NCBI GenBank assembly: GCA_964594755.1
Contig: CAZQMO010000006.1
Location: 1 to 57,903, forward strand
Direction of reading: 5' to 3'
Length of the DNA: 57,903 nucleotides
Origin: an uncultured Candidatus Saccharibacteria bacterium
GTDB lineage: Bacteria > Patescibacteriota > Doudnabacteria > UBA920
Part shown: positions 37,700 to 46,353 of the stretch, one piece after another
Layout: each line of letters opens with the position of its first letter
Numbering within the stretch: the stretch's first letter is position 1
Made by a program: the position numbers and the translations under genes
Notes under the pieces: model-generated
Database searches by the model: none
Seen by the model: the letters and a program-made list of their open reading frames with translations, nothing else
Told to the model about the DNA's origin: nothing

Positions 37700-39097
37700 A
37701 TGCAGCCTATAATTGCGCATATAGATATGAATTCGTATTTTGCCACCTGCGAACAGCAGGATAATCCGTCGTGGCGTGGCAAGCCGGTCGGGGTGTGTGA
37801 ACACCTTGGCGGGATTATTATTGCAGCCAGTATAGAGGCAAAACGTTGGGGGATTAAGACCGGCACTCCGGTTTGGGAAGCGCGCAAGCTGTATCCGCAG
37901 GTTATCTTAACTAAAACTAACCCAGACCGTTATCGGTTCTATACTGCGCGGTTTTTAAGAGTGTTCGCAGATTATACCGACCGTATAGAAAAGTACAGCA
38001 TAGACGAGGCGTTTTTGGATTTAAGCAAGGCCTGCAATATTCGCGTGCCGGTTTCTAAAAACCCCCCTCCTTTTAAGGAGGAGTTGGGGGAGGTGAATTC
38101 TCACCCTCACCCAACCTCCCCCTCAAGAGGGGGAGGAGTTACATATGAATACGTTGATCCTTGGGAAGAAGCTATGCGGGTGATTGGTGAGATTAAGTTA
38201 AGAATGAAGACCGAAGTCGGGGATTGGATTACTTGCAGCGCTGGCGTTTCTTATAGTAAGTTGGTGGCAAAGATTGCTTCGGATTTGCAAAAACCAGATG
38301 GCTTGGTGGTTGTCCGACCAGAAGATAAAGCCAGTTTGTATGAAAGATTGGAATTAACTGACATTCCGGGGATTGGTAATCGTCAAAAACGTAATTTAAA
38401 TAAGCTGGGAATTTTTACACTCACAGATTTGCGCGATTACCCGCTCAGTAAATTAGTAACGCATTTTGGTATCGGCGGTTATCATTTGCACAGTATGGGT
38501 CAACTCGAAGGCAGTTGGAAGGAAGGTTTTGGTGATGATCCGCCAGCTGGCGGAGTAGCTTCACCAATGAAATCTATGGGCCATATGTACACTGTGCCGC
38601 TAGAGTATCGTAAAAAAAATATCATGCGACCAGTTTTGTATAAACTTTCGGAGATGGTCGCAGCACGCTTGCGGATTAATGGCTTAATGGGTAATCAGAT
38701 TTATGCACACGCATATAATGGCAATGAAGTTCACGCTGGTCGTGGCGCCAAGATTGGTTATTATGTTCAGGATGGCCGAGATATTTATTTGGAAGCTTTA
38801 GCTTTGCTACGCGCTACTGCGAGTTTGCGAGAGTTAGAAACTAATACTTATTTTGTAGGTGTCACAGTTGGCGGTTTAATGCCTTATTACCCGCAAGCTA
38901 GTTTATTTGAAGATAAACCTCGCCGCGAACGCCTGGCTGCAGCTTTGGATAAAATTAATCAAAAGTATGAGGATTTTACTGTGGCGCGCGTGCCAGCGTT
39001 TTTGGCGCGCGATATTATTCGCGACAGCGTTGGGTTTGGTCGTATGAAAGAATTCAAAACTACATTTATGAAAGGCGGACATGGACGGTTTCGGTAA
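37700..39097 (+). CDS. dinB: Y-family DNA polymerase IV
   Basis: HIDMNSYFA, AASIEAK, SIDEAFLD, KIASDLQKPDG, IPGIG. Confidence 0.93.
   Translation: MQPIIAHIDMNSYFATCEQQDNPSWRGKPVGVCEHLGGIIIAASIEAKRWGIKTGTPVWEARKLYPQVILTKTNPDRYRFYTARFLRVFADYTDRIEKYSIDEAFLDLSKACNIRVPVSKNPPPFKEELGEVNSHPHPTSPSRGGGVTYEYVDPWEEAMRVIGEIKLRMKTEVGDWITCSAGVSYSKLVAKIASDLQKPDGLVVVRPEDKASLYERLELTDIPGIGNRQKRNLNKLGIFTLTDLRDYPLSKLVTHFGIGGYHLHSMGQLEGSWKEGFGDDPPAGGVASPMKSMGHMYTVPLEYRKKNIMRPVLYKLSEMVAARLRINGLMGNQIYAHAYNGNEVHAGRGAKIGYYVQDGRDIYLEALALLRATASLRELETNTYFVGVTVGGLMPYYPQASLFEDKPRRERLAAALDKINQKYEDFTVARVPAFLARDIIRDSVGFGRMKEFKTTFMKGGHGRFR
38062..38137. repeat. In-frame palindromic insert in dinB (PPPFKEELGEVNSHPHPTSPSRGGG)
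   Basis: Hairpins CTCCTT/AAGGAG and CTCCCCCTC/GAGGGGGAG flank GTTGGG..GGTGA/TCACC..CCCAAC; lies just after SIDEAFLD. Confidence 0.75.
38539..38554. repeat. 16-bp perfect palindrome TCCGCCAGCTGGCGGA in dinB
   Basis: One base from TCCGCCAACTGGCGGA found in all three tRNA-derived repeats. Confidence 0.7.
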
Positions 39098-39131
39098 ATT
39101 TTGATATATTAAAACAAACGGAGGAAACATT

Positions 39132-39353
39132 ATGGATGAAAAGAAAGAACCCGCAGAAATTGTCTGCGAAAAGATTCGTAATGGCGAATTAAAATCAATT
39201 ATTAACCCTGATGGTACTCTCACGGCTGAGGCGCAGGCGTTTGTTGATAAACGTTTCGCCGAGTCAGAGATAGCTTTTGAGCCTTTAGTTGAAAAGCTTC
39301 GTCAGTCTCGACGAATTACTGCGGAAGACTTAGCATTCAGAATCAGTATATAG
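39132..39353 (+). CDS. Small hypothetical protein (paralog of next gene)
   Basis: SD GGAGG; DGTLTAEAQA...SRRITAEDL. Confidence 0.7.
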   Translation: MDEKKEPAEIVCEKIRNGELKSIINPDGTLTAEAQAFVDKRFAESEIAFEPLVEKLRQSRRITAEDLAFRISI

Positions 39354-39362
39354 GAGGGAAAG

Positions 39363-39563
39363 ATGGTTAATGAGATTGATGGTAAATCCAAGAGGGTTTC
39401 CATTCAGAAAGATGGAGATTTGACTCCTCAAGCCGCGGCGATCGCTAATCCACAATTTGTAGCTGCCCAAAAGGCAATTCAGCCCATGCTTAAACGCATT
39501 GACGATTCTCGTCGTCTGAGCGGGGAAGATATGATGTGGACAGCCAATACCAAAGCTGATTAA
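39363..39563 (+). CDS. Small hypothetical protein (paralog of previous gene)
   Basis: SD AGGAGG; DGDLTPQAAA...SRRLSGEDM; terminator GACGC..GCGTC-TTTT follows. Confidence 0.7.
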   Translation: MVNEIDGKSKRVSIQKDGDLTPQAAAIANPQFVAAQKAIQPMLKRIDDSRRLSGEDMMWTANTKAD

Positions 39564-39650
39564 TAATCAGCCTATGACGCACCTTCGGGCGCGTCTTTTG
39601 TTTTTGTGGTATAATTAATGCAGTAAATAGAGAATTCGAAACCAAAATCA

Positions 39651-39983
39651 ATGGCAATATTGCCAAAATATAAACAATTCATCAGCGAATTCGTTCGTCA
39701 GCAAATGACTGTACTTGGTCCTCAGATAGCAGTGAGTACTGCCAACCGGACCGAGGGCCTTCAGGTAGACCCAAGAGGTTCTGTAGTTGTAATTGAAGGT
39801 GACGCAGCTTTGGTATTGAAAGATTTATTATCAGAATTTAGCAAGTTAACCCCCCAACTTACTCCATATTTTGTTGAGGGATTTTTTAATAAATTCCCAG
39901 ACATTGCCGAAGAGTATGGAGATGTTCCAGCTAAAAGTAATTTTCATTGCGTTTTAAAACAATCTAAAGCTTTAACCAAATAA
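39651..39983 (+). CDS. Small hypothetical protein upstream of the sensor kinase
   Basis: Translationally coupled (TAATG) to the kinase; TGG-TATAAT upstream. Confidence 0.7.
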   Translation: MAILPKYKQFISEFVRQQMTVLGPQIAVSTANRTEGLQVDPRGSVVVIEGDAALVLKDLLSEFSKLTPQLTPYFVEGFFNKFPDIAEEYGDVPAKSNFHCVLKQSKALTK

Positions 39984-41650
39984 TGATTGTCGTCGTTTTA
40001 TTACTCGTAGATTTTGCCTTACTAGCCTTAGTGTTAGCTTTTTACTTGCGTAAAATTTATAAGGAACGACAAGAATTGCTAGGTCATGCCCACGAATCTT
40101 ATCAGCTTCAGCAACAGATGTATCAAGTGGAAGTGTTGCAAGAAATTAGCGAACGTTTAGGTTACTCGCTTGAGGGTAGTAAAGTTATTGAAATCATTAC
40201 TAATAGTATTGGTAACTTGCTGGAGTATGAAACGGTGTCATTCATGTTGTATGACCAAACCGATAAGGTTGTATTTAAGTGTCATGTTCATCAAAGCGTC
40301 AATCATCGGTTTATTACCGAAGTCAAAGAACACATGGTTAGTGCAACGGAACTGCTTTGTGGCGGTTTAGATTCAAACATTAAGTTTGACGACACAATCG
40401 GAGGATCCCTGTTACAAGATCACTTGGATGTCGATGTGCAGTCCTTTGTAAATATTCCTGTTATTATAGGTAACGAGCTGCTAGGTTTAATTAACATTTC
40501 TTCATCCAAGCCGAATTTGTTTAACTACGATCAGGCAGCAATCTTGTTTAACATCACCAATCAAGCTGCTAAAGCAGTTAGTCAGTTACAAACTTTATTG
40601 GAAAGTGAAAAAGGCAAACTAACAGGTATTATTGCAGCAATGACTGACGGGGTGATGATGGTGGATTTAGAAAATAGGCTGGAGATTTATAATCCGGCAG
40701 TAGTTGATTTACTGGAGTTGCCAGTGGGCCGGGAAATTACCATGTTTGATATCGTTGACTCTTTGGCTGGAAAAGTGGATCTTCGCACCAAGATTGATGA
40801 ATCATTGGCCAAAAGTTCACCAGTTACTATTAATGAATTAGTCCTGCGCGACAAAGCTTTCGAGATTACTATTACACCAGTACGAGACCATGCTGGTAAT
40901 CAGCGCGGTGCGGCAGTTATTCTACATGATGTGACTTCAGAAAAATCTTTGGAAAAATTGCGCCAAGAATTTACCGCTATGATGGTACACGAGTTGCGCG
41001 CGCCACTTACTGCTGTGCGCTGGAGTGCGGAAAGTCTACTTAAGAATCTTACTGAAGCCAAAGCTCAATTAGAGGCTGCCAAATTAAAAGAAAGTATTTC
41101 TAACATCGATATCTCAGCTACCAACATGCTGGATTTGGTCAATGATTTGTTGGATGTTGCAAAAATTGAAGCAGGTAAGTTTGATTTGAATATCCAAGAG
41201 TATGATCTTTCGGAAATCGTGAAAGATGAAGTTGCAACTTTTAAGGCTCTCGCAGAGAGTAAGCACTTAACAATTAATTTTATTACGCCAGGAGTTACTA
41301 AAGTTAAGTGCGATAAGATACGTATTGGTCAGGTGATTAGTAATTTGCTTAGCAATGCCATTAAATATACTGATAGCGGGCAAGTAGATGTGCAGATATC
41401 TACTGATACTGCAGAGCAGCGGGTTGTGGTCGCGGTTAAGGATAGTGGTCTGGGTGTGAGCCGTGAAGATTTGGCGGTCTTATTTTCCAAGTTTAAACAG
41501 CTAAAGAGTTTTGATCGAACTAAAAAGGGAACTGGTTTAGGTTTGGTTGTAAGCAAAGGGATTATCGAAGCTCATAATGGAAAAATCTGGGCAGAGAGTG
41601 CTGGGGAAAACTTGGGCTCAACTTTCTCTTTCAGTTTGCCCCTAAATTAA
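39983..41650 (+). CDS. Sensor histidine kinase (TM-GAF-PAS-HisKA-HATPase)
   Basis: HELRAPL H-box, NLLSNAIKYT N-box, DSGLG G1, GTGLGL G2. Confidence 0.93.
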   Translation: MIVVVLLLVDFALLALVLAFYLRKIYKERQELLGHAHESYQLQQQMYQVEVLQEISERLGYSLEGSKVIEIITNSIGNLLEYETVSFMLYDQTDKVVFKCHVHQSVNHRFITEVKEHMVSATELLCGGLDSNIKFDDTIGGSLLQDHLDVDVQSFVNIPVIIGNELLGLINISSSKPNLFNYDQAAILFNITNQAAKAVSQLQTLLESEKGKLTGIIAAMTDGVMMVDLENRLEIYNPAVVDLLELPVGREITMFDIVDSLAGKVDLRTKIDESLAKSSPVTINELVLRDKAFEITITPVRDHAGNQRGAAVILHDVTSEKSLEKLRQEFTAMMVHELRAPLTAVRWSAESLLKNLTEAKAQLEAAKLKESISNIDISATNMLDLVNDLLDVAKIEAGKFDLNIQEYDLSEIVKDEVATFKALAESKHLTINFITPGVTKVKCDKIRIGQVISNLLSNAIKYTDSGQVDVQISTDTAEQRVVVAVKDSGLGVSREDLAVLFSKFKQLKSFDRTKKGTGLGLVVSKGIIEAHNGKIWAESAGENLGSTFSFSLPLN

Positions 41651-41691
41651 CAGGGTAGTATAATAAAATCACGTAATTAAGGATATAAAAA

Positions 41692-42072
41692 ATGCCTAAA
41701 ATTGTATGCGCTGAAGACGATCAGATGATTGCCGCTTCCTTAGTGGAAGGGTTTAAGGGCGCTGGTTTTGAAGTAACTTCTGCCTATGATGGCGAAGAAG
41801 CTTTAGTAAAAATTAAGGAAGTTAAGCCAGATGTTGTGATTTTAGATATTATGATGCCTAAACTAGATGGGATTGGTGTGGTGTGGGAGCTGAAAGCTGA
41901 CGCCGACCTGGCCAAAATCCCAGTGGTTATGCTTACCAACTTAAGCGATCCAGCCACCGTGAGTAAAATCCTTGAAGCTGGGGTAACTGATTACCTGCTT
42001 AAAAGTGAACAATCCATAGATGAAATCGTTACCAAAGTCACCGAAGTAATGAATCGTGGCAAAGGTGAATAA
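41692..42072 (+). CDS. Stand-alone response regulator receiver
   Basis: AEDD, LDIMMPKLDG, VMLTN, DYLLK. Confidence 0.93.
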   Translation: MPKIVCAEDDQMIAASLVEGFKGAGFEVTSAYDGEEALVKIKEVKPDVVILDIMMPKLDGIGVVWELKADADLAKIPVVMLTNLSDPATVSKILEAGVTDYLLKSEQSIDEIVTKVTEVMNRGKGE

Positions 42073-42074
42073 TT

Positions 42075-42620
42075 ATGGATGTATTTGCGCACACGCTGTG
42101 GACTAACGCAGTGTTCCATCTCAAATATAATCAAGCCAGAAAGATGCGGTACTTAGCCGCATTTTTTGGTGTGATACCTGACCTAGTTGGTTTTGCACCG
42201 CTGTTTATTTACATGATTTTTTCTGGACGATTTTTTTCAGGTGAGCAATTTCCATTCACGCCAACTAATTGGACGTTTGGTTTTGCTGAACAAGCTTATA
42301 ATTTCACACACAGTGCAGTAATCTTTTTTGCAGTTATGGTGCTAGTGAATTTAATCGTCAATCTTGTTAGGTATTATCGCAATCCATTAACTTATCGGTT
42401 TTATTTCTTTTGGCCCATTTTGGGCTGGTTATTACATATCTTGCTTGATATTCCAACTCACCCAGACTTTTATCACACGCCATTCTTGTTTCCGCTGTCC
42501 GATTATCAGTACACGGGCGGTGTGAGTTGGGCTCATCCAACTTTTATGGCCATAAATTATGGTTTGTTAATTTCTGCTTATATTGCGATTTATATCTACC
42601 AAAGAAAAAAGTATGCCTAA
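42075..42620 (+). CDS. Membrane-bound metal-dependent hydrolase-like protein
   Basis: H(TLW), PDL, H-x-x-LD-x-x-TH pattern within TM segments. Confidence 0.6.
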   Translation: MDVFAHTLWTNAVFHLKYNQARKMRYLAAFFGVIPDLVGFAPLFIYMIFSGRFFSGEQFPFTPTNWTFGFAEQAYNFTHSAVIFFAVMVLVNLIVNLVRYYRNPLTYRFYFFWPILGWLLHILLDIPTHPDFYHTPFLFPLSDYQYTGGVSWAHPTFMAINYGLLISAYIAIYIYQRKKYA

Positions 42621-43083
42621 GAATGAATTATTTTTAATCGCTCATAATATCCGCTCGCTTCACAATGTGGGGGCGATTTTTCGAACTTCGGATAGTTTTG
42701 GGGTGAGTAAAATTTACTTAACTGGTTATACTGGGATTCCCGAAGGTAAGAACGCAGAAAAAATTTCTAAAGTTGCTCTTGGCGCAGAGCAGTTCATTCC
42801 TTGGGAGAAGGCAAAGAACCTTGGGCCACTGCTCAAAAAACTAAAAGCTCATGGCGTGCGCATCGCTGTGTTAGAAAACAATGTGAACTATAAAACTATT
42901 CCGTTGCCAAAATATAAACCAAAATTTCCTCTAGCCTTGGTATTAGGGGAAGAGACCAAGGGGAATACAAAAAAGATTTTGGATTTAGCTGATGATATCA
43001 TCGAAATCCCGATGTATGGCCAGAAAGAAAGTTTGAACGTTTCCGTGGCTTGTGGCGTTGCACTCTATCAAATACGAAAATAA
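42613..43083 (+). CDS. TrmH/SpoU-family RNA methyltransferase
   Basis: HNVGAIFRT, LGEETKG, IPMYGQKESLNVSVACG; ATG 42613 preferred. Confidence 0.92.
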   Translation: MPKNELFLIAHNIRSLHNVGAIFRTSDSFGVSKIYLTGYTGIPEGKNAEKISKVALGAEQFIPWEKAKNLGPLLKKLKAHGVRIAVLENNVNYKTIPLPKYKPKFPLALVLGEETKGNTKKILDLADDIIEIPMYGQKESLNVSVACGVALYQIRK

Positions 43084-43110
43084 AAAGAGCCGAAGCTCTT
43101 TTTTCTTGAT

Positions 43111-43314
43111 TTACTTGTACTCAAATTCGAACTGGTCTGGACGACCAGCTGCCATCCATTTGGCGAGTGATTCTGAAGTTGGCTCTCGCTGGCATTCGCA
43201 ACCACAGGGGCCAGCGTGAATTTCGCCACCTATAGAAATTTGATCTGCACCATGACAACGGTGTTCATATGGCTCATGAACGTTACAGCCATCACAGATA
43301 TTATTTGTATTCAT
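43111..43314 (-). CDS. Small Cys/His-rich hypothetical protein
   Basis: SD AGGAGG; CxxC, HxC and CxCxC motifs; bidirectional terminator AAAAGAGC-CGAA-GCTCTTTT downstream. Confidence 0.65.
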   Translation of the reverse strand: MNTNNICDGCNVHEPYEHRCHGADQISIGGEIHAGPCGCECQREPTSESLAKWMAAGRPDQFEFEYK

Positions 43315-43341
43315 TCGAAAATTCCTCCTGTAGTGTGTAAA

Positions 43342-44139
43342 TCACGACAACTTTTTAGAAGCCATTAGTTCTTTTGTGGTTCGAATGAACTGTATTAGCT
43401 CTTGATAGTTCAGGGTGTCGTCGTGCGGATGTCTGAGTTTGCTTTCGGCATCAATCGACAGCGAATCATACTTTTCGACAAGCGGGCGAATGCTTTCGAG
43501 GTTTCCAGAGTGCAATCCACCGGCAATGCCAAAACGAAGCTTTTTGTTTAATCCATGTCCGTAGAGTTCGCTCAGGTAACCATCGGTTCCAGCGATACTC
43601 ATTTCTTTCCCTGTACCTCCCGATGGATCTAGTAAGACGTAATCCACCAGTTCATAATATTCTGTACGGATTTTATCTGCGAGCTTAACAGGATTGTTAT
43701 CGATGGCCTCGAAAGCTTTTTCTCCGACTTGCAAGACCACTGTGTGCCCACGACCTTCGGTGCGAAACTTTTGAAGTTCTTTTGGGTCGGGCCAGCAAAT
43801 ATTGAGCTGAAATCCTTCCAGATTCTGACCACAAATATCCACCAACATTGCTAGTTGATCAGATAGGTTGGGCTGTTTCGAGTTGTAGTGAATCAAGTAG
43901 GTTAGGAATCCGCCTGGGTTCAAGTCTAACAGCCTAGGAATGCTCTCAATCGCAGGGTATCGATTGGGGAATTTCTCACTCCGTCTCCCTGACATAGTAT
44001 TATAACTCACTAACACACCAACCATTAGTTGATAGTTTGTAGGGAATGGCGTTTGGCGGTTATAAAACGCTTCTCGTATGGTTACTACTAAATCTTCTAA
44101 GTCGAAGATTCCAGTTACTCCAATATACGGTTTTTTCAT
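43342..44139 (-). CDS. TrpF(PRAI)-like TIM-barrel protein
   Basis: IGVTG start, LLDPSGGTG, AGGL..GN, SIDAES.LR; ATG 44139 behind AAGGAGG. Confidence 0.6.
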   Translation of the reverse strand: MKKPYIGVTGIFDLEDLVVTIREAFYNRQTPFPTNYQLMVGVLVSYNTMSGRRSEKFPNRYPAIESIPRLLDLNPGGFLTYLIHYNSKQPNLSDQLAMLVDICGQNLEGFQLNICWPDPKELQKFRTEGRGHTVVLQVGEKAFEAIDNNPVKLADKIRTEYYELVDYVLLDPSGGTGKEMSIAGTDGYLSELYGHGLNKKLRFGIAGGLHSGNLESIRPLVEKYDSLSIDAESKLRHPHDDTLNYQELIQFIRTTKELMASKKLS

Positions 44140-44291
44140 AATTCCTCCTTTTGTGGGATAAATATACCACAACTTATCAAAAAGTCACTAATTTTGTCAA
44201 GGACTGGGGATAGCTGGGGAGCAATTCTGGAAAACATCAAAAAACCTTTTAATTAAAAAGGTTTTTTTGTTTTTCGGGCATTAGTATTAAA

Positions 44292-44374
44292 TTGAAAAAT
44301 GGGTGAAAGTGGGGTATACTGACTTCAAGTGGAATGAAGTGGGGGAAAGTGGGGATAAGTGGGTGGATAAGTGG
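44292..44374 (+). promoter_or_regulatory. mraZ promoter overlapped by a MraZ-box array
   Basis: TTGAAA(44292)-17-TATACT(44315); AAGTGG at 44307, 44327, 44337, 44347, 44357, 44369. Confidence 0.85.
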
Positions 44375-44414
44375 ACAACTCAAACCATACAGATTTCTAG
44401 AAACTAAAAGTAAC

Positions 44415-44565
44415 AGCCGCGAAGACATCTGGCTTTGCCAGGGTCTGAGCAACCAAGGAAAGGTGAGGCAGACCGCGAAGCGGTCATTGGAAGGGATCCG
44501 GGTTAAGTCCAAACTAGGTTTGGACTGCTAACCGGTGAAAACCCTTCCCGGGTTTTTCCCTCCAA
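44415..44565 (+). ncRNA. Candidate structured 5'-leader element of mraZ (homologous to 12413-12518)
   Basis: Same three hairpins and linkers plus an extra ~40-nt hairpin; ends 8 nt before ATG 44574. Confidence 0.65.
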
Positions 44566-44573
44566 ACTGCATT

Positions 44574-45005
44574 ATGTTTATTGGTGAATTTCAAGCTTCA
44601 ATTGATGACAAGGCCCGCGTTGCCATTCCAGCAAAGTTCCGCAGTTCTTTGAAATCAAAGGTCGTCGTAACCAGAGGGTTAGATAACTCCTTGGTTCTGT
44701 ACACATTAGACGAGTGGAAAAAGTTAGCCGAGAAGGTGGCTAGTCTCCCAATTTCTACTGCCAACACGCGTGCTTTTTCTCGTCTGATGCTTGCAGGAGC
44801 AATGGATTGCGATATCGACAAACAAGGTCGAATTGTTCTCCCAAGTTACCTCAAGAGTTTTGCTAAGATTTCCAAAAAGCTCGTGTTCGCCGGTTTGTAT
44901 AACCGTATCGAAATTTGGAGCGATGAAGCTTGGCAGAAGTATAAAACACAAACAGAAAAACAAAGTAATCAAATTGCCGAACAATTGGGTGATCTAGGAG
45001 TATAA
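44574..45005 (+). CDS. mraZ: Transcriptional regulator MraZ
   Basis: MFIGEF..SIDDKARVAIP, DKQGRIVLP, RIEIW; precedes rsmH. Confidence 0.96.
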   Translation: MFIGEFQASIDDKARVAIPAKFRSSLKSKVVVTRGLDNSLVLYTLDEWKKLAEKVASLPISTANTRAFSRLMLAGAMDCDIDKQGRIVLPSYLKSFAKISKKLVFAGLYNRIEIWSDEAWQKYKTQTEKQSNQIAEQLGDLGV

Positions 45006-45006
45006 A

Positions 45007-45936
45007 ATGTTTGCTCATATTCCTGTATTACTCAATGAAGTTTTAGCACTGCTGGGGCCCGAAGCTAATCAAAATTTTGTTGATGCAACTTTGGGCGGCG
45101 GCGGTTACACTAAAGCTTTACTCGAGCAGTCTGCTCCAAATGGTAAAGTCTTGGCCATTGATTTAGATCATAAAGCTCTAGAGAATGCCCAAACTAAATT
45201 GCCGAAAGGCCGAGTGGTCTTGGTCCATGGAAACTTCCGCGACATTGCTCATCATGTCACTAGGCACAAGTTCTCAGATATTTCTGGGATTGTAGCCGAC
45301 ATTGGACTCTCTAGTTTCCAGCTTGATCAGTCTGGCCGTGGTATCAGCTTTCAAAAAGATGAACCACTGGATATGCGCTTTGATGAAAGTTCCCAAGAAC
45401 CTGATGCTAGGTTCATTCTCAACAATCATAGTACTGCGGAAATAGCGACCATCTGCCAAGATTATGGGGAAGAAAAATATAGCCACAAGATTGCAGACCG
45501 GATTGTAAGGAGTAGGGAACAAGAGCCAATCAAAACTACTTTCCAGTTAAATGATTTGATCAAAGCGGCTTTGCCAAAACCAGTACAGCATAAGTGGCAA
45601 GATACTGCTCGCAGAATTTATCAAGCTCTGCGAATCGAGGTGAATCACGAATTAGCCAACTTAGAAAGATTTCTTCCTGAAGCTTTCAATATCTTGGCCC
45701 CTGGTGGTACTCTCGTAGTTGTCACTTTCCATTCCTTAGAGGATCGGCTTGTAAAAAATTATTTTAAATCTCTGGCTACTGGCTGTATCTGCCCTCCTGA
45801 ATTTCCAGTTTGCCGCTGCGGTCGAACCCCGCAAGGCAAAATCCTCACAAAAAAAGCGGTTATGGCTACGGAACAAGAACTTGAGCAAAACTCCCGCGCT
45901 AAACCTGCCAAACTCCGTGCTGTTAAAAAATTATAA
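45007..45936 (+). CDS. rsmH: 16S rRNA m4C1402 methyltransferase
   Basis: HIPVLLNEV, DATLGGGGY, PLDMR, QALRIEVN, FHSLEDR, AKLR. Confidence 0.97.
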   Translation: MFAHIPVLLNEVLALLGPEANQNFVDATLGGGGYTKALLEQSAPNGKVLAIDLDHKALENAQTKLPKGRVVLVHGNFRDIAHHVTRHKFSDISGIVADIGLSSFQLDQSGRGISFQKDEPLDMRFDESSQEPDARFILNNHSTAEIATICQDYGEEKYSHKIADRIVRSREQEPIKTTFQLNDLIKAALPKPVQHKWQDTARRIYQALRIEVNHELANLERFLPEAFNILAPGGTLVVVTFHSLEDRLVKNYFKSLATGCICPPEFPVCRCGRTPQGKILTKKAVMATEQELEQNSRAKPAKLRAVKKL

Positions 45937-45942
45937 AATTCA

Positions 45943-46344
45943 ATGTTTAAAACCAACACTCTAAAATTTTTGTCCCCATTCGTAAGTTCCAAAACTACTT
46001 CCCGAAATATTTCGGCAGTATCATGGAGTGCTCGTAAAGATGCTCCGGCCAGAGTAGCTTCTAACAACAACGCGATTGCCAAGGCATCTTTGCTCGGTGT
46101 CATTGCAATTGGTGCCATGCTGGCACTTCACTTGTACTGGGTTAATACCTATTCAGACAAAGGTTTTGCTTTAAGTGAAGTTCAGGGTTCTATTAAAGAA
46201 CAAACAGAATTACAAAAGAAGTTATTGGTACAACAGTCGTTGTTGAACTCAACAACTGGCTTAACTGAATCTGCACAGAATGGTTTAGTCGCTATTACTG
46301 ATGAGGAATACTTAGCAAACAATAATTTTGCCGCTGTTGAATAA
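45943..46344 (+). CDS. FtsL-like single-TM coiled-coil protein
   Basis: Position between rsmH and ftsI; one TM followed by a coiled-coil. Confidence 0.6.
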   Translation: MFKTNTLKFLSPFVSSKTTSRNISAVSWSARKDAPARVASNNNAIAKASLLGVIAIGAMLALHLYWVNTYSDKGFALSEVQGSIKEQTELQKKLLVQQSLLNSTTGLTESAQNGLVAITDEEYLANNNFAAVE

Positions 46345-46353
46345 TTTACAGAT

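Noticed and set aside
44150-44370. oriC suggested by TTATCC(C)ACA-like words
   Set aside because: The words are mismatched and largely explained by MraZ boxes; no dnaA/dnaN nearby and no clear unwinding element.
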